DNA of 64,000 bases from an uncultured delta proteobacterium. Lineage in GTDB: Bacteria > Desulfobacterota > Desulfomonilia > UBA1062. Every line of letters starts with the position of its first letter. Positions within the stretch are counted from its first letter, which is position 1. Positions 19,951-30,203 of the stretch are shown piece by piece. Position numbers and translations under genes: made by a program. The stretch is from contig CAVVYZ010000001.1 of the NCBI GenBank assembly GCA_963752595.1, forward strand, positions 64,001-128,000, in the 5' to 3' direction. The notes below the pieces were generated by a model. It was given only the letters and a program-made list of their open reading frames with translations. It searched no databases and was not told the origin of the DNA.

Positions 19951-20385
19951 AAAAAAACCTCCTCTAGCTTGTTGCTTGAGCTGTTTCTTCCCAATTCGGC
20001 AGGATATAGACCTCTCCATTGATGTCAAGGAATATTATTACGGATAAGACCACGGGTAGGGGCACCGGTATGCACACTTTTGAAACCGCCATGGCAAAAA
20101 GGTTACCCGCTTAAAAAGAAGAAGCAACTTTTGAGTGCTTCGATTTTCTTATGGTGCGAAGTCATGAAAGGGCCTCCATACCGGCAGCGCTTCGATCCTT
20201 TCAGGACCTATGCCTTCTTCAACATATTCAGTGGAATAAGTATTGCAGAAAAGTTCATGCATGAAAAAAGGCAGAGGTCATTGTCTCATGAAGAAAAATG
20301 GAAGCAATCTAATACCTGTGGTGATGAAGATGGAGTTCAAGAACTATCTTCACGGTGAGCCTTTGAAATCGGAGGGAGGAATTCG

Positions 20386-22317
20386 ATGAGGAAGTTTTTT
20401 GACCCGATATGCAAGGTCATAACGTTTTTCTGTTTCATCATGGTCGCGCTCTTTGTCTACGATTTTTTCTTCTGGTCGAAGACCGAGGAGGGGAGGCTTG
20501 CATCAAAGGTAATCATAATCTTTTTCTCCCTCGCGGGATTCTTTATGTATTGCATCCACTGCATGATCAGGAAAGGAGAACACGCTGACAATCAAAGCTC
20601 ATGGGACAGCTTTGAAGCCCAAAATGAATATGAAAAAGAATATATCGCACTGGGATATGCCCTTCCCCATGAAAGGACCGAAACTCTCCCCGTACACGGA
20701 CCTGAGATCACGAGTATATACAAACTGAAAGTCATGAGCCTTGCAATAGCAGGTTATGCATATATCTTCGGGATTATTTGCGCACTTGCCTCTCTCCTGT
20801 ACCATCTTGTCCGGTTTGCTTTCACGACTTCCTATCCGTACATTCTCTTGCTCATGAGCATACCGGTTCTGTTCGTCGTCACGGTATTACTGGGAGCCAT
20901 GCTCGCGACAGTCCGAACCCGCATGACACCCCCGAAGGGCATCGAAGTTGCCCGCGACGATGCACCGGAACTTTTTGAAACGGTGAACCATCTGAGGAAA
21001 CGGCTGCAGGGCCCTCGCGTGGGCAAGATTGTGCTTACGAATGATTTTGCTGCATCCATTGTCCGGATTCCGCGGCTCGGGATTTTGGGATGGCACAAGA
21101 ATTACCTTGTCCTGGGGCTCCCGCTTCTTCAGGCCCTTTCCGTAACACAGACACTCGCACTTCTTGCGCATGAGTACAGCTATCTCTCAGGAGAGCACGT
21201 CTGGTTTGATTCCTGGATCTACAGGCTCAGGCAAACCTGGATGCAGACCATGAGGGCCCTGGAGAACCGGAAACACTGGAGCCGGTCGATCGCAACTCGG
21301 TTTTTCCGATGGTATGCCCCGTATTTCCATTCATATACCTTGCCACTCGCAAGGTCCCGGGAATACGAAGCGGATCTGTGCTCCGCCACCTTTGCAGGCG
21401 AGAGTGAAACCGCAGCAGCACTGGTACGGGCCCATGTGCTGGAGTTCTATCTACAGGAGTCATTCTGGCCGATGATAACGGATATGATGGAGACCCAGCC
21501 CGAACCCGTTGCATCGCTCTATGGGCTCATGCAGGAAAAATTCCAGCAGGGCATTGATGAGGGTCAGGCAAAAGAATGGGTCGAGAGATCGCTCCAAAAA
21601 GAGCCGGGATCAACCGATGCCCATCCGGACCTGAAAAAACGTCTGAATGCCATAAATGAGGCACCGGTCTTCCATAATTCCCTGGCGATGAGCTCCGCGC
21701 AATACTATTTTCCGGATCTCGATGCATTCAGAAAGCTTTTCGATGACGAGTGGCGATCATATATCAGAGCATCCTGGCAGGAAAGATATGCCTATGTACA
21801 CAAATTGAGAACCAGAATCGAAGAACTGTCTTCAAAGGCACGGCTGAAGCCATTGAATCTCGAAGAAGCCCTGGATCTTGCCTACCTCACCGAGGACCTT
21901 TCGGGCAGTGGAAAGGCATTACCTTTGTTCGAGCGCATCCTGAAATACAAACCCGAGTGCGTACCGGCTCTCTGTGCAGCGGGAAGGATAATGCTGGCAA
22001 ATGGAGACGAATCCGGGGCAGCCTGCATCGAACGGGTAATGGCTTTGGATTTGAACTACAGCATTTACGGCCTTGAAGCCCTTTATAATTTCTACCTGGA
22101 AAAAGGAGACCGGGAAAAGACCGGGAAGTATTACCAGAAGCTGTCCGATCAGAGAGATCTGATCGAGCATGCAGAACAGACGCGGAAATTGGAGACGGAA
22201 AGAGCCGCGTCCGCAGAAAAAGGTAAGAAGAACATCCGGAAGAAATTGCATACGGAGAGAATGAGCCTGGGATTGATAAAGGTGTGCCCTGTAGAGAATA
22301 ACCCTATCTTCCCGTAA
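20386..22317 (+). CDS. M48 (HtpX/Ste24-like) membrane metallopeptidase homolog with C-terminal TPR and a degenerate HExxH
   Basis: N-terminal TM helices, APELF, LGLPLL, LAHEYSYL, EYEAD, HPDLKKRL and TPR-like helices; SD GGAGGGAGGA. Confidence 0.8.
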   Translation: MRKFFDPICKVITFFCFIMVALFVYDFFFWSKTEEGRLASKVIIIFFSLAGFFMYCIHCMIRKGEHADNQSSWDSFEAQNEYEKEYIALGYALPHERTETLPVHGPEITSIYKLKVMSLAIAGYAYIFGIICALASLLYHLVRFAFTTSYPYILLLMSIPVLFVVTVLLGAMLATVRTRMTPPKGIEVARDDAPELFETVNHLRKRLQGPRVGKIVLTNDFAASIVRIPRLGILGWHKNYLVLGLPLLQALSVTQTLALLAHEYSYLSGEHVWFDSWIYRLRQTWMQTMRALENRKHWSRSIATRFFRWYAPYFHSYTLPLARSREYEADLCSATFAGESETAAALVRAHVLEFYLQESFWPMITDMMETQPEPVASLYGLMQEKFQQGIDEGQAKEWVERSLQKEPGSTDAHPDLKKRLNAINEAPVFHNSLAMSSAQYYFPDLDAFRKLFDDEWRSYIRASWQERYAYVHKLRTRIEELSSKARLKPLNLEEALDLAYLTEDLSGSGKALPLFERILKYKPECVPALCAAGRIMLANGDESGAACIERVMALDLNYSIYGLEALYNFYLEKGDREKTGKYYQKLSDQRDLIEHAEQTRKLETERAASAEKGKKNIRKKLHTERMSLGLIKVCPVENNPIFP

Positions 22318-22341
22318 CGCCTTTTTGTTTATCATACCGAG

Positions 22342-22388
22342 AAGGCATCCTCCCTTTCCCTTAAAAAGAGAAGGGAGGATGCCTTTTT
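22342..22388. terminator. Rho-independent terminator-like hairpin between convergent genes
   Basis: 15-bp inverted repeat AAGGCATCCTCCCTT / AAGGGAGGATGCCTT followed by Ts. Confidence 0.75.
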
Positions 22389-22397
22389 CAGGTTCTG

Positions 22398-24203
22398 TTA
22401 TTCGCCTTCCTTGTACAGAGCTTCGATGCTGTTGTTGTATCTTTCCGTGACATTCTTGCGCTTGAGCTTCATGGTCTGGGTCAGCATCCCGTTTTCCAGG
22501 GTGAACGGCTCTGAGATGAAGATGAACTTTTTCGGGATCTCGTAGCTGCCGTACTTGGTCTTCAGGGCATCGAGGATCTCCTTGGTGATCATCTTCTGCA
22601 CATCCTCCCGCTCTGTGAGGGCCTTGTAGTCTTTCGGCAGGTTGTTCTTCTGAGCGTATCCGTCCAGGGCGACAGGATCGGGCACGATCATGCAGACATT
22701 GTAAGGCCTTGTTGGCGCCGTAGATCAGGGCGTTCTGCACGTAGTGGTTCAGGCAGATATCCTCCTCCAGTGCTGCGGGGAAGACATACTTGCCGTTTTC
22801 GAGCTTGAACTGCTCCTTGATGCGGCCCGTGATCCACAGGAACCCGTCTTCGTCGATGCGGCCGCGGTCGCCGGTCCTCACGCCGCCGTCCGGGGTCATG
22901 ATCTCTTTGGTCGCTTCGGGCTTGTTGTGGTAGCCCTTCATGACATTGGGGCCGTAGCAGATGATCTCTCCGTCTTTGGCACCCGGCTCGACCACGGACT
23001 GGTCGATGACCACCCTGATCTTGTCCATCACCGGGCCCACGCTCCCGATCTTGAAGTTGCCGGGGCAGTTCATGGTAATGCCCGGGGTGGTTTCGGTCAT
23101 GCCGTAGGCATCGTAGAGAGGAATGCCGATGTCGTAGAAGAATTTGGAGATATCGGGGTTCATGGCCGCGCTGCCTGTCATGGAGCCGCGGAGCCTTCCC
23201 GCCGAAGAGGTCGCGGATCTTCTGGAACACGATCTTGTCCACGAGCTTGAACTTGAGTTCTGCCATGAAGCTCGACTTGCCCTGATCGGCCAGGCGTCGC
23301 GCTTTCTTTGCCGGCCTCAACGCCCATATCGAAGAGCGGCTTTCTTGAACCCGCCGGCATCATTCACTTTCGTGACGATCGTATCATACACCTTGTTGAA
23401 GATGCGGGGGACCGCGATGAGGAAGGTGGGCCTGATCAGCGCCATGTCCTGAACAACGGTGTTCGTGCTCTCCATGAAACCCATGGACCCGCCGAGCGCC
23501 GTGAACGTATGGAGCTCTCCCAGGCCGAAGCAATGCGCCCAGGGCAGCAGCGAGAGGACCTGTCGTTCTCGTTGAAATCGGGATAGGCCTTTGCCCGTGC
23601 ATGGTGGTTGCTCGTCCAGTTCATATGCATGAGAAGGACGCCCTTCGGGTCTCCCGTCGTACCGGAGGTGTAGACAAGGACTGCCACTTCCTCGGGATCC
23701 GGATAGATGGACTTGACCGGGTTCTTCTCTCCGATCTTTTCCAGCTCGGCCATCGTGTCCTTGCCTTCCCCGGCGATCACGATTGATCTTTTCCAGGGTA
23801 GGAATGCGAGAGGGAAAATCCTTGATCTTTGCCAGGATCTCCGGCTTTGAAACAAAGAGGACCTTGATGGCGCTGTCCTTGATGATGTATTCCCAGACAT
23901 GGGTCAGCTCCGCTTCGTACATGGGGACGTAGAAGGCCCCAAGACCCACGGTGGCATAATGGCCGACAGCCCAGTCGGTGCTGTTGTTGGAAATGATGCC
24001 CACTGCATCGCCCCTCTTGATGCCCAGGCCTGCCAGTCCGCCCGCAGATTATCGACACGACGGCCTACTTCGCGGTAGGTGACCCATTCGTACACCCCCT
24101 GCTTGTTCTTCGTGCCCAGAAACGGCCTGTCGGGAAATCGCTTCACGCTGCTCTCGAACAGCTCCACCAGATTGTCCGGTTTATCGAGCTGAAATTGAAC
24201 CAT
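22398..24203 (-). CDS. fadD: Long-chain fatty acid-CoA ligase (AMP-binding, FadD15/COG1022-like), frameshifted in this assembly
   Basis: Fragments in successive frames: [39 protein letters not shown] and LTQTMKLKR; SD GGAGG. Confidence 0.85.
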
Positions 24204-24367
24204 GTTACCTCCACTATCTGTTTATTATACCTTGCATTATTAAGTTTTATTATAAACATAAATTCGATCTTATATCTACTGGTTCCGGATAATCTTTTTG
24301 AAACGGGCAGAAAAACCATGAGGGCTGGAGCCGGCCGCCTTGGTTTGAAAAGTAGGCCGGCTTAAGG

Positions 24368-25508
24368 TCAATCTTTCAGGACATTTCGTGCAATGACGAT
24401 CCGCTGGATTTCGGAAGTTCCCTCATAGATCGTTGTTGCGCGTGCATCGCGGGAGAGCCTCTCGATCTTGAATTCTTTCGTGTAGCCATAGCCGCCGTGG
24501 ATCTGAACGGCGTGATAGGCGGTCTTGTTGGCCACCTCGGAGGCAAAGAGCTTTGGCCATGGATGCCTCAGTGGTAAAGGGCAATCCCCTGGTCCTTCTT
24601 GTCTGCTGCAGACAACGTGAGCAGGTGAGCGGCCTCGATGCCGGTGGCCATGTCGGCGATCATCCACTGGATGGCCTGGAACGAGCTGATGGACCTGCCG
24701 AATTGCTTACGGTCCTTGGCATACTTCACCGCCTCGCTCATGCATGCCCGCGCGATCCCGATGGCCTGCGATGCGATGCCGATGCGGCCGCTGTCCAGGG
24801 CAGTCATGGCGATCTTGAACCCCTGTCCGGCCCTTCCCAGGAGGTTCTCCTTGGGCACGCGGCAGTCCTCGAAGATGAGTTCTACGGTATTGGATGCCCT
24901 CAACCCCATCTTGTCTTCTTTGGATCCCACAGAAAATCCTGGAGTGCCTTTCTCCACGATGAGGGCGGAGAGGCCGCTTGTTTCCCTTCTCGGGGTCGGT
25001 CCTGGCGATGAGGTTAACCACGTCGGCATACCCGCCGTGGGTAATGAAGATCTTGGTCCCGTTCACGAGATAGTGGTCGCCTTTATCCTATGCCCTGATC
25101 TGAAGGCCCCCGGGTCTGACCCTGCAGAGGGCTCGGTCAGGGCAAAACATCCGAGCATCTCGCCGCCGGCGAGGCGGGTCAGGTATTTTTCCTTCTGGGC
25201 CTGGCTCCCGAACTTGAGCAGCGGCTCTGTGGAGAGGTTGGCAACCGACATGGTCACTGCTGTTGATGCACAGGCATAGGCGATCTCCTGGAGGGCAAGG
25301 CAGTAGCTCACCGCTCCTGCACCCGAGCCGCCGTATTCTGCCGGCACCATCATGCCGAGCAGACCCAGCCCTCCCATCTTCTTGACTGCCTCCAGGGGAA
25401 AGGTCTCTTCCCTCTCCCACTTCGATGCGAAGGGCTCGAGCTCTTTCTTTGCAAAGTCCTTGGCCATGAGGCCGATCATTTTCTGTTCAGCGTTCAGGTG
25501 AAATCCAT
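24368..25508 (-). CDS. Acyl-CoA dehydrogenase (butyryl-CoA dehydrogenase-like), frameshifted in this assembly
   Basis: [49 protein letters not shown] and [10 protein letters not shown]; ATG at 25508 after AAGGAGG. Confidence 0.88.
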
Positions 25509-25518
25509 AGAAGCCTCC

Positions 25519-26068
25519 TTACGGCACATAGATGACAACCAGGAGCTCGGCCTTTTCCCTGGTGGGGTTGCTCAGTGCATGATGGAGCGAGGAATCGAAG
25601 GTGATGCTACTCGCCCTTCTTCAGGGTGGTGGTATTCTGCCCGACCTGGATCTTGAGGCCGCCGCTCAGGACATAGACGAATTCTTCTCCCTCGTGGTGA
25701 TACTCGACACCCTTGTGCTCGGTCTCAGGGTCGATGGTTACGCGGTATGCCCGCAGGTGCTTTTCCTCTCCGGGGCGGGTAAGCGGGGTATAGGCATAGG
25801 AAGCAACCCGCTTCTTGTGGCTTTTCACGCGCTTCTTCGTTGCCTCTTTCTCCTGGCCGCCCTGGACCTGCTCGATATCCATCTTGAAGGTCCGGCCGAG
25901 CTGGAGCACCAGCGCCACAGGCGGGGCAACCTTTCCCTCTTCGACATCTTCCAGCACCTTCGCAGGATAGCCGGTTTCCCGTGAGAGGGCCTCCAGGGTG
26001 ATGCCTCTTTCCTCCCGCAACGTACGGATTCTTCTGCCAAAGCTTTCTTCCGTTTTTTTCGCCATCAT
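25519..26068 (-). CDS. XRE-family HTH transcriptional regulator with cupin domain (one frameshift near 25607)
   Basis: GRRIRTLREERGITLEALSRETG HTH and HHEGEEFVYVLSG cupin motif. It continues in a shifted frame (ITFDSSLHHALSNP...LLVVIYVP*). Confidence 0.85.
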
Positions 26069-26220
26069 ACCTCCTCCTGCCGTAGGGTAAGCACAGTAAC
26101 AAAAAATAGTCAGGAATATATTGCTTGTGTATAGGTAAACTCAAAACCGATCTATGAGTCAATAAATATTTTCACAACATTAAAGGTAATCGTGTATCGG
26201 TATATCGGGAACTGAGAGCA

Positions 26221-26505
26221 TCAATTCCAGGCGGGCCGTTTCAGGAACAGGAGATGCAGCGCAAGCCAGAGGAAGACCATGCTTAAGGCTTTGGACAGTA
26301 TGGCCTGCAAGGGTCCGCGCTTGAGAAGAAATTTTCCGAGGGAGCCGGACAGGTAGCCGAGGGTGATGAAAAACGCCAGGGCCATCAGCCCGATCACCCC
26401 GCCCAGACATAGTATCTGCAGGAACAGGGGGCCGTGCCCCGCGGTGATGAGCAGGACCGCGGCTGCCCCAAGAAAAATCGGAAATGTCTCGGGGGCGAAT
26501 GCCAC
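26221..26505 (-). CDS. Small hydrophobic membrane protein, possibly a LysE-type translocator C-terminal fragment
   Basis: Three hydrophobic segments; weak resemblance only. Confidence 0.4.
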   Translation of the reverse strand: MAFAPETFPIFLGAAAVLLITAGHGPLFLQILCLGGVIGLMALAFFITLGYLSGSLGKFLLKRGPLQAILSKALSMVFLWLALHLLFLKRPAWN

Positions 26506-26518
26506 CGGGATCCTCTTG

Positions 26519-27025
26519 TCAGTTCGATGGAGAAGGCATGGGCGCTTCGGCGTCTTCCTTCGGGGTTCCCATCAGTTTCCTGTAGGTGTCGAGATATTCG
26601 GGCTTGCGCTCCGCGCAGAGCGCCTTCGTGATGAGCTCCACTGCCTCGGTTTCCCGGCTTCGTTCGTGCAGGAGGTTGGCGAGATTGTTCATTATGTCGG
26701 TATTCGTGCTGTCATAATCCAGGGCGCGCCGGTAATATATCTCGGCTATCATGAGGTCGCCCTTTTTGTAGAAGAGGTTCCCGAGGTTGAAATAGGGGAG
26801 CCACCAGTCATTCTCCTTTTCAAGTGCCTTGAAGTACTCCTTCTCGGCAAGGTCGAGCATGCCCTTCTGCTCGTAGACTACACCGAGGTCATTGTGCTCG
26901 GTCGCCGTCAGGGGGTCCTTCAGGATGATGATGCGCGGTGCAGAGCAGGAACTGACAAAAAGAGCGAGAAAGAGCATCCCTATCAGGGATGGATGACGAG
27001 ATATGCAGAGCCCTTCTTTTTCCAT
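26519..27025 (-). CDS. TPR-repeat lipoprotein
   Basis: Lipobox-like FVSSC; TPRs HNDLGVVYEQKG, YFNLGNLFYKKG and MNNLANLL. Confidence 0.85.
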   Translation of the reverse strand: MEKEGLCISRHPSLIGMLFLALFVSSCSAPRIIILKDPLTATEHNDLGVVYEQKGMLDLAEKEYFKALEKENDWWLPYFNLGNLFYKKGDLMIAEIYYRRALDYDSTNTDIMNNLANLLHERSRETEAVELITKALCAERKPEYLDTYRKLMGTPKEDAEAPMPSPSN

Positions 27026-27495
27026 ATTCTCACGAATTCCTCATCGCTGAAATGTCTGGATGCCTCATAGCCTGTGTGTGCGATGACACTGTTGCCCGCG
27101 CACCCCGTGACTACGAGATAGTGAGGTTTGGATACCACCCAGAAGCCCATATCAACAAGCACAATGACCGGTTTTTTCTGTTCGATGAAATTTCTGATAT
27201 CTCCGAGGCTGCCCTGCCCCAGGTGGGTTTTAAAACCTTTGGCTCTGGCGTAATTATCCAGGTCGGTAATCAGTGAGCCTTTGAGCCCTTCGCAGTAGAC
27301 TGATTCTCCGATGGTCTTCTGGTCGATTTCAGAGCCGTAGAAGGACATGACCGATGCAAGCGAAGCAGGCCCGCAGAAGCCGGTTGCCTGCTCCACGAAC
27401 GGCACTCCCTCTATTTCGGAAGCACAAGCGTTACCCGATATGAGCGTGAGCAGGAGAATCAGTATTTTCAAGGGAGAACTTGATGATGATGTCAT
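26983..27495 (-). CDS. C39-like cysteine peptidase (PA2778 family)
   Basis: VPFVEQ..FCGPASLA (catalytic Cys), PVIVLVD and HYLVVTG (catalytic His). Signal peptide-like LKILILLLTLISG; likely TTG start near 27470. Confidence 0.85.
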   Translation of the reverse strand: MTSSSSSPLKILILLLTLISGNACASEIEGVPFVEQATGFCGPASLASVMSFYGSEIDQKTIGESVYCEGLKGSLITDLDNYARAKGFKTHLGQGSLGDIRNFIEQKKPVIVLVDMGFWVVSKPHYLVVTGCAGNSVIAHTGYEASRHFSDEEFVRIWKKKGSAYLVIHP

Positions 27496-27871
27496 GGTTG
27501 AGCAGCTTCAGGATTATGATGACAAGGATAACGATAATCAGGACGCCGATAACGGCACCGACCCCGTCTCCCCCTGCGAGAACGTCCCCGGACGCCTGGG
27601 AAAGCAGATGTATCTGCGCGGGGCTCATTCCTGAGAGCTTGGTTCTGACCTCGTCTGCCGTGAGCCCGTAGTCCTTAAGCTTTTCCTGAACAAGCTTGTT
27701 TTCAAGGGCGAGCTGGATCGTGTCGATCTCCTCCTGGATCCGGGCCTTGCCGTCAGCTCCGGTTGAACCCTGAGATGGAACCATGGCAGCCCATGCAGGT
27801 GATGCTACAAGCCCGATCATGTAGGCAGCGACAACGGTCGCCAGGATGCGATTTCTCATAAATGATATCAT
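27431..27871 (-). CDS. PA2779-family protein (signal peptide, helical core, GG motif, hydrophobic C-terminal helix)
   Basis: AWAAMVPS cleavage site, VQEKLKDYGLTADEVRTKLSGMS core, then LAGGDG followed by GVLIIVILVIIIL; SD GGAGG; adjacent to the C39 peptidase. Confidence 0.8.
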   Translation of the reverse strand: MISFMRNRILATVVAAYMIGLVASPAWAAMVPSQGSTGADGKARIQEEIDTIQLALENKLVQEKLKDYGLTADEVRTKLSGMSPAQIHLLSQASGDVLAGGDGVGAVIGVLIIVILVIIILKLLNHDIIIKFSLENTDSPAHAHIG

Positions 27872-28043
27872 TTAACTACCTCCTCACATTTCTCTTTTGA
27901 TAATCCGCTTCCCCGGAAGTGTCAACAGGAAGGCAAAGGATGGGATTGCACTCCTGCCGGATCCTGATTTCCCAAGCCGGTCTCTTTCTATTCTTTACCA
28001 ATATCCTAGAAAAAACGAAAAACAAGGTTCGGCATGGTTGGAT

Positions 28044-28325
28044 TTATTCAGGCAGTCTCTTGCGCACTGCCGAGACTGCTTCCTGCCGGCGGTACATGTT
28101 CACCGGATGCGGCCCGATTATTTCATAGCGGTAGTCGTTGCCCGTCTTCCGGATCAGGGTATCGACCACGGTCTCGCTGGGCGAACCGTTGGCGTTGACC
28201 TGATCCTGGTAGCCGATATAGGGGCGAACTTTTTCCTTGTCGTACGGCTTTGTATTCAGCTCATCACAGTTCTTGAACTGCTTTTCAAGGGGGACACCTT
28301 TTTCTTCCAATGGATTGAAGGCCAT
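28044..28325 (-). CDS. Short hypothetical protein, apparently an internally deleted relic of a larger conserved protein
   Basis: SD AAGGAGG before MAFNPLEEKGVPLEKQ...KPYDKEKVRPY, followed directly by YQDQVNA...DYRYEIIGPHP. Confidence 0.55.
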   Translation of the reverse strand: MAFNPLEEKGVPLEKQFKNCDELNTKPYDKEKVRPYIGYQDQVNANGSPSETVVDTLIRKTGNDYRYEIIGPHPVNMYRRQEAVSAVRKRLPE

Positions 28326-28536
28326 AATTCCCTCCTTTATTGCGTTTATGAATGAAGGCAAAGACAAACTCATCCTTTGCCTTCATTTCATTCATAATAC
28401 AGCAGGGAGGGAGTATTCAAGCAAATACCGGCCCAAGAAGGGCTGTTATCTACTTGAATTAACAAGGTAAAAAGGGTAGGGGTTTCTCCCGACGAGTCTT
28501 GCCTGCCGTCGGTTTACGTTAAGAATATCGTCCTTT

Positions 28537-29961
28537 TCAAGAAACTTGCCCGCCTTTGAATTTCCTCTGGAACTGCGCATACCGGATGAGGTGAAGGATC
28601 GCCTTGAAGCTGTCCTCCGGGTGCTCGATGTAATACACACCCTGATCGTGATAATACTTCCTGGCATAGTCATTGATCTCCCGGAAGGACAGGGCGACGA
28701 CCGGCTTGTCAGCTGTGCGGGCAAGAGGAAAGACGGTTTCGTTGAAAAGCCTGGGCATGCCGTCGTTATCGTCTGCGGGCGCAAAGGACAGGCAAGCGAT
28801 CATGCCGAGATTCTCATCATCGAGCAGGACTTTGAGGATTTCACCCATGCCCTGGGAGAATCCCGATCCTGTCACATCCAGGGGATTGTCCGGCTGTGCG
28901 AACTCCGGAAGGATTGCGTTCAGCGAAGCGACCGTCTTTTCCGAGAGCTTGGGCAGTTCAATGCCATAACGGCTGCACAGGTCTGCATAGAGCCCGCAGA
29001 GCCCTCCGGAAAGCGTGCAGATACCTAAGCCTGTGCCCTGAGGGAGGCGGCAGCGGGAGAAGATGGTCGCTGTTTCCACGAGCTCTTCGATCGTGTCGAC
29101 ACGGACGATGCCATACTGCCTGAAGAATCCCTCCATTGCGGCATCGTTGCCTGCCATGGCGCCTGTATGGGAGCGGGCGGCCTGCATACCTTTTTCCGAT
29201 CGGCCGACCTTGATGAGGATAATGGGAATCTCCCTTTCTGCAGCAACGACAGCGATTTCCTTCATCCTCGAGATATCCCTGAACCCCTCCATAAAGGCGG
29301 TGATCACGCGCGTGCGGCTGTCGTGCACGAGATACTCCATACAGTCTTCCGTTGTGATCATGGCCTCGTTGCCTGTGGCTGCGTACAGAGAAATACCCAG
29401 CGACCTCTTCAGGAGCTTGGTTGCAATCATCTCGCTGCTGGCACCGCTCTGGCCGAGCAGCGCAATGGAGCCCGGCAGCAGCTCTCCCTCGACGGACCCG
29501 CCGGTGAAGACGCTCACCCTCTCGGACAGGTTCATGAAACCGAGACAGTTCGGGCCCATGAGCCTGATGTCATGCTCGCGGCAGAAACGGGTGAGCTCTT
29601 CCTGATGCGATACGCCTTCGCCGCCCATTTCGGCATAGCCCGAGGATATGAGCAGCACATCCTTCACTCCTTTCCGAAGAAGTTCCTGAAGGGATTGTAA
29701 GACGAGGGTGCTTTTTACCATGATTACTGCAAAGTCGATCGTACCTTCCGGAAGGCTTGGGATAGAAGGGTATGCCCTGATGCCGCAGACCTCTGATGCC
29801 TTGGGATTGACGGGGTATATGCGGCCGGCGAGGCCCGCCTGATAGGCATACCTGACCATGTTGGCGAACCAGTGGTTCTTTGTCGAGGCGCCGACTACTG
29901 CAATATGAGTTGGCGAGAAGAATTTTTTTATCCTTTCAAAGGTTGCCTGTTCCATATGCAA
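28537..29961 (-). CDS. Acyl-CoA synthetase (NDP-forming) alpha-subunit-like CoA-binding protein
   Basis: IAVVGAS, YPVNP, GPNCLG, QSG, GNEA, KVGRS, SHTGA (phospho-His) and NPLD motifs. Confidence 0.88.
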   Translation of the reverse strand: MHMEQATFERIKKFFSPTHIAVVGASTKNHWFANMVRYAYQAGLAGRIYPVNPKASEVCGIRAYPSIPSLPEGTIDFAVIMVKSTLVLQSLQELLRKGVKDVLLISSGYAEMGGEGVSHQEELTRFCREHDIRLMGPNCLGFMNLSERVSVFTGGSVEGELLPGSIALLGQSGASSEMIATKLLKRSLGISLYAATGNEAMITTEDCMEYLVHDSRTRVITAFMEGFRDISRMKEIAVVAAEREIPIILIKVGRSEKGMQAARSHTGAMAGNDAAMEGFFRQYGIVRVDTIEELVETATIFSRCRLPQGTGLGICTLSGGLCGLYADLCSRYGIELPKLSEKTVASLNAILPEFAQPDNPLDVTGSGFSQGMGEILKVLLDDENLGMIACLSFAPADDNDGMPRLFNETVFPLARTADKPVVALSFREINDYARKYYHDQGVYYIEHPEDSFKAILHLIRYAQFQRKFKGGQVS

Positions 29962-30203
29962 GAGGTCTCCTTTCGCTTAACTGCTCATTCAAGATCATCC
30001 GACGATGAGCTTTGTCAAGAAAAAACGAACCTTTGTTCTTTTTTATCCGGCCCCGGAAGTCTCAAAGTGTCCCTTGGTATATGTGCAAAGAATATTATTC
30101 AAATATCTAGGCGCCATTGATATCTAAAACAGGGCAAAAACCCCGTATGCAGGCATTGGAGCAAAGCCGTGGAATATGGTTCGTAACGTCAAAGGAGGGA
30201 AAT

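Noticed and set aside
21919-22397. Apparent long C-terminal extension of the acyl-CoA ligase overlapping the M48 gene
   Set aside because: It results from a frameshift near 22700; the real C-terminus is in ORF 22398-22691, followed by a terminator hairpin.
26139-26160. ACTCA-N11-TGAGT inverted repeat upstream of the XRE regulator
   Set aside because: Only 5-bp arms and a single occurrence; it could be an operator but is not distinguishable from chance.
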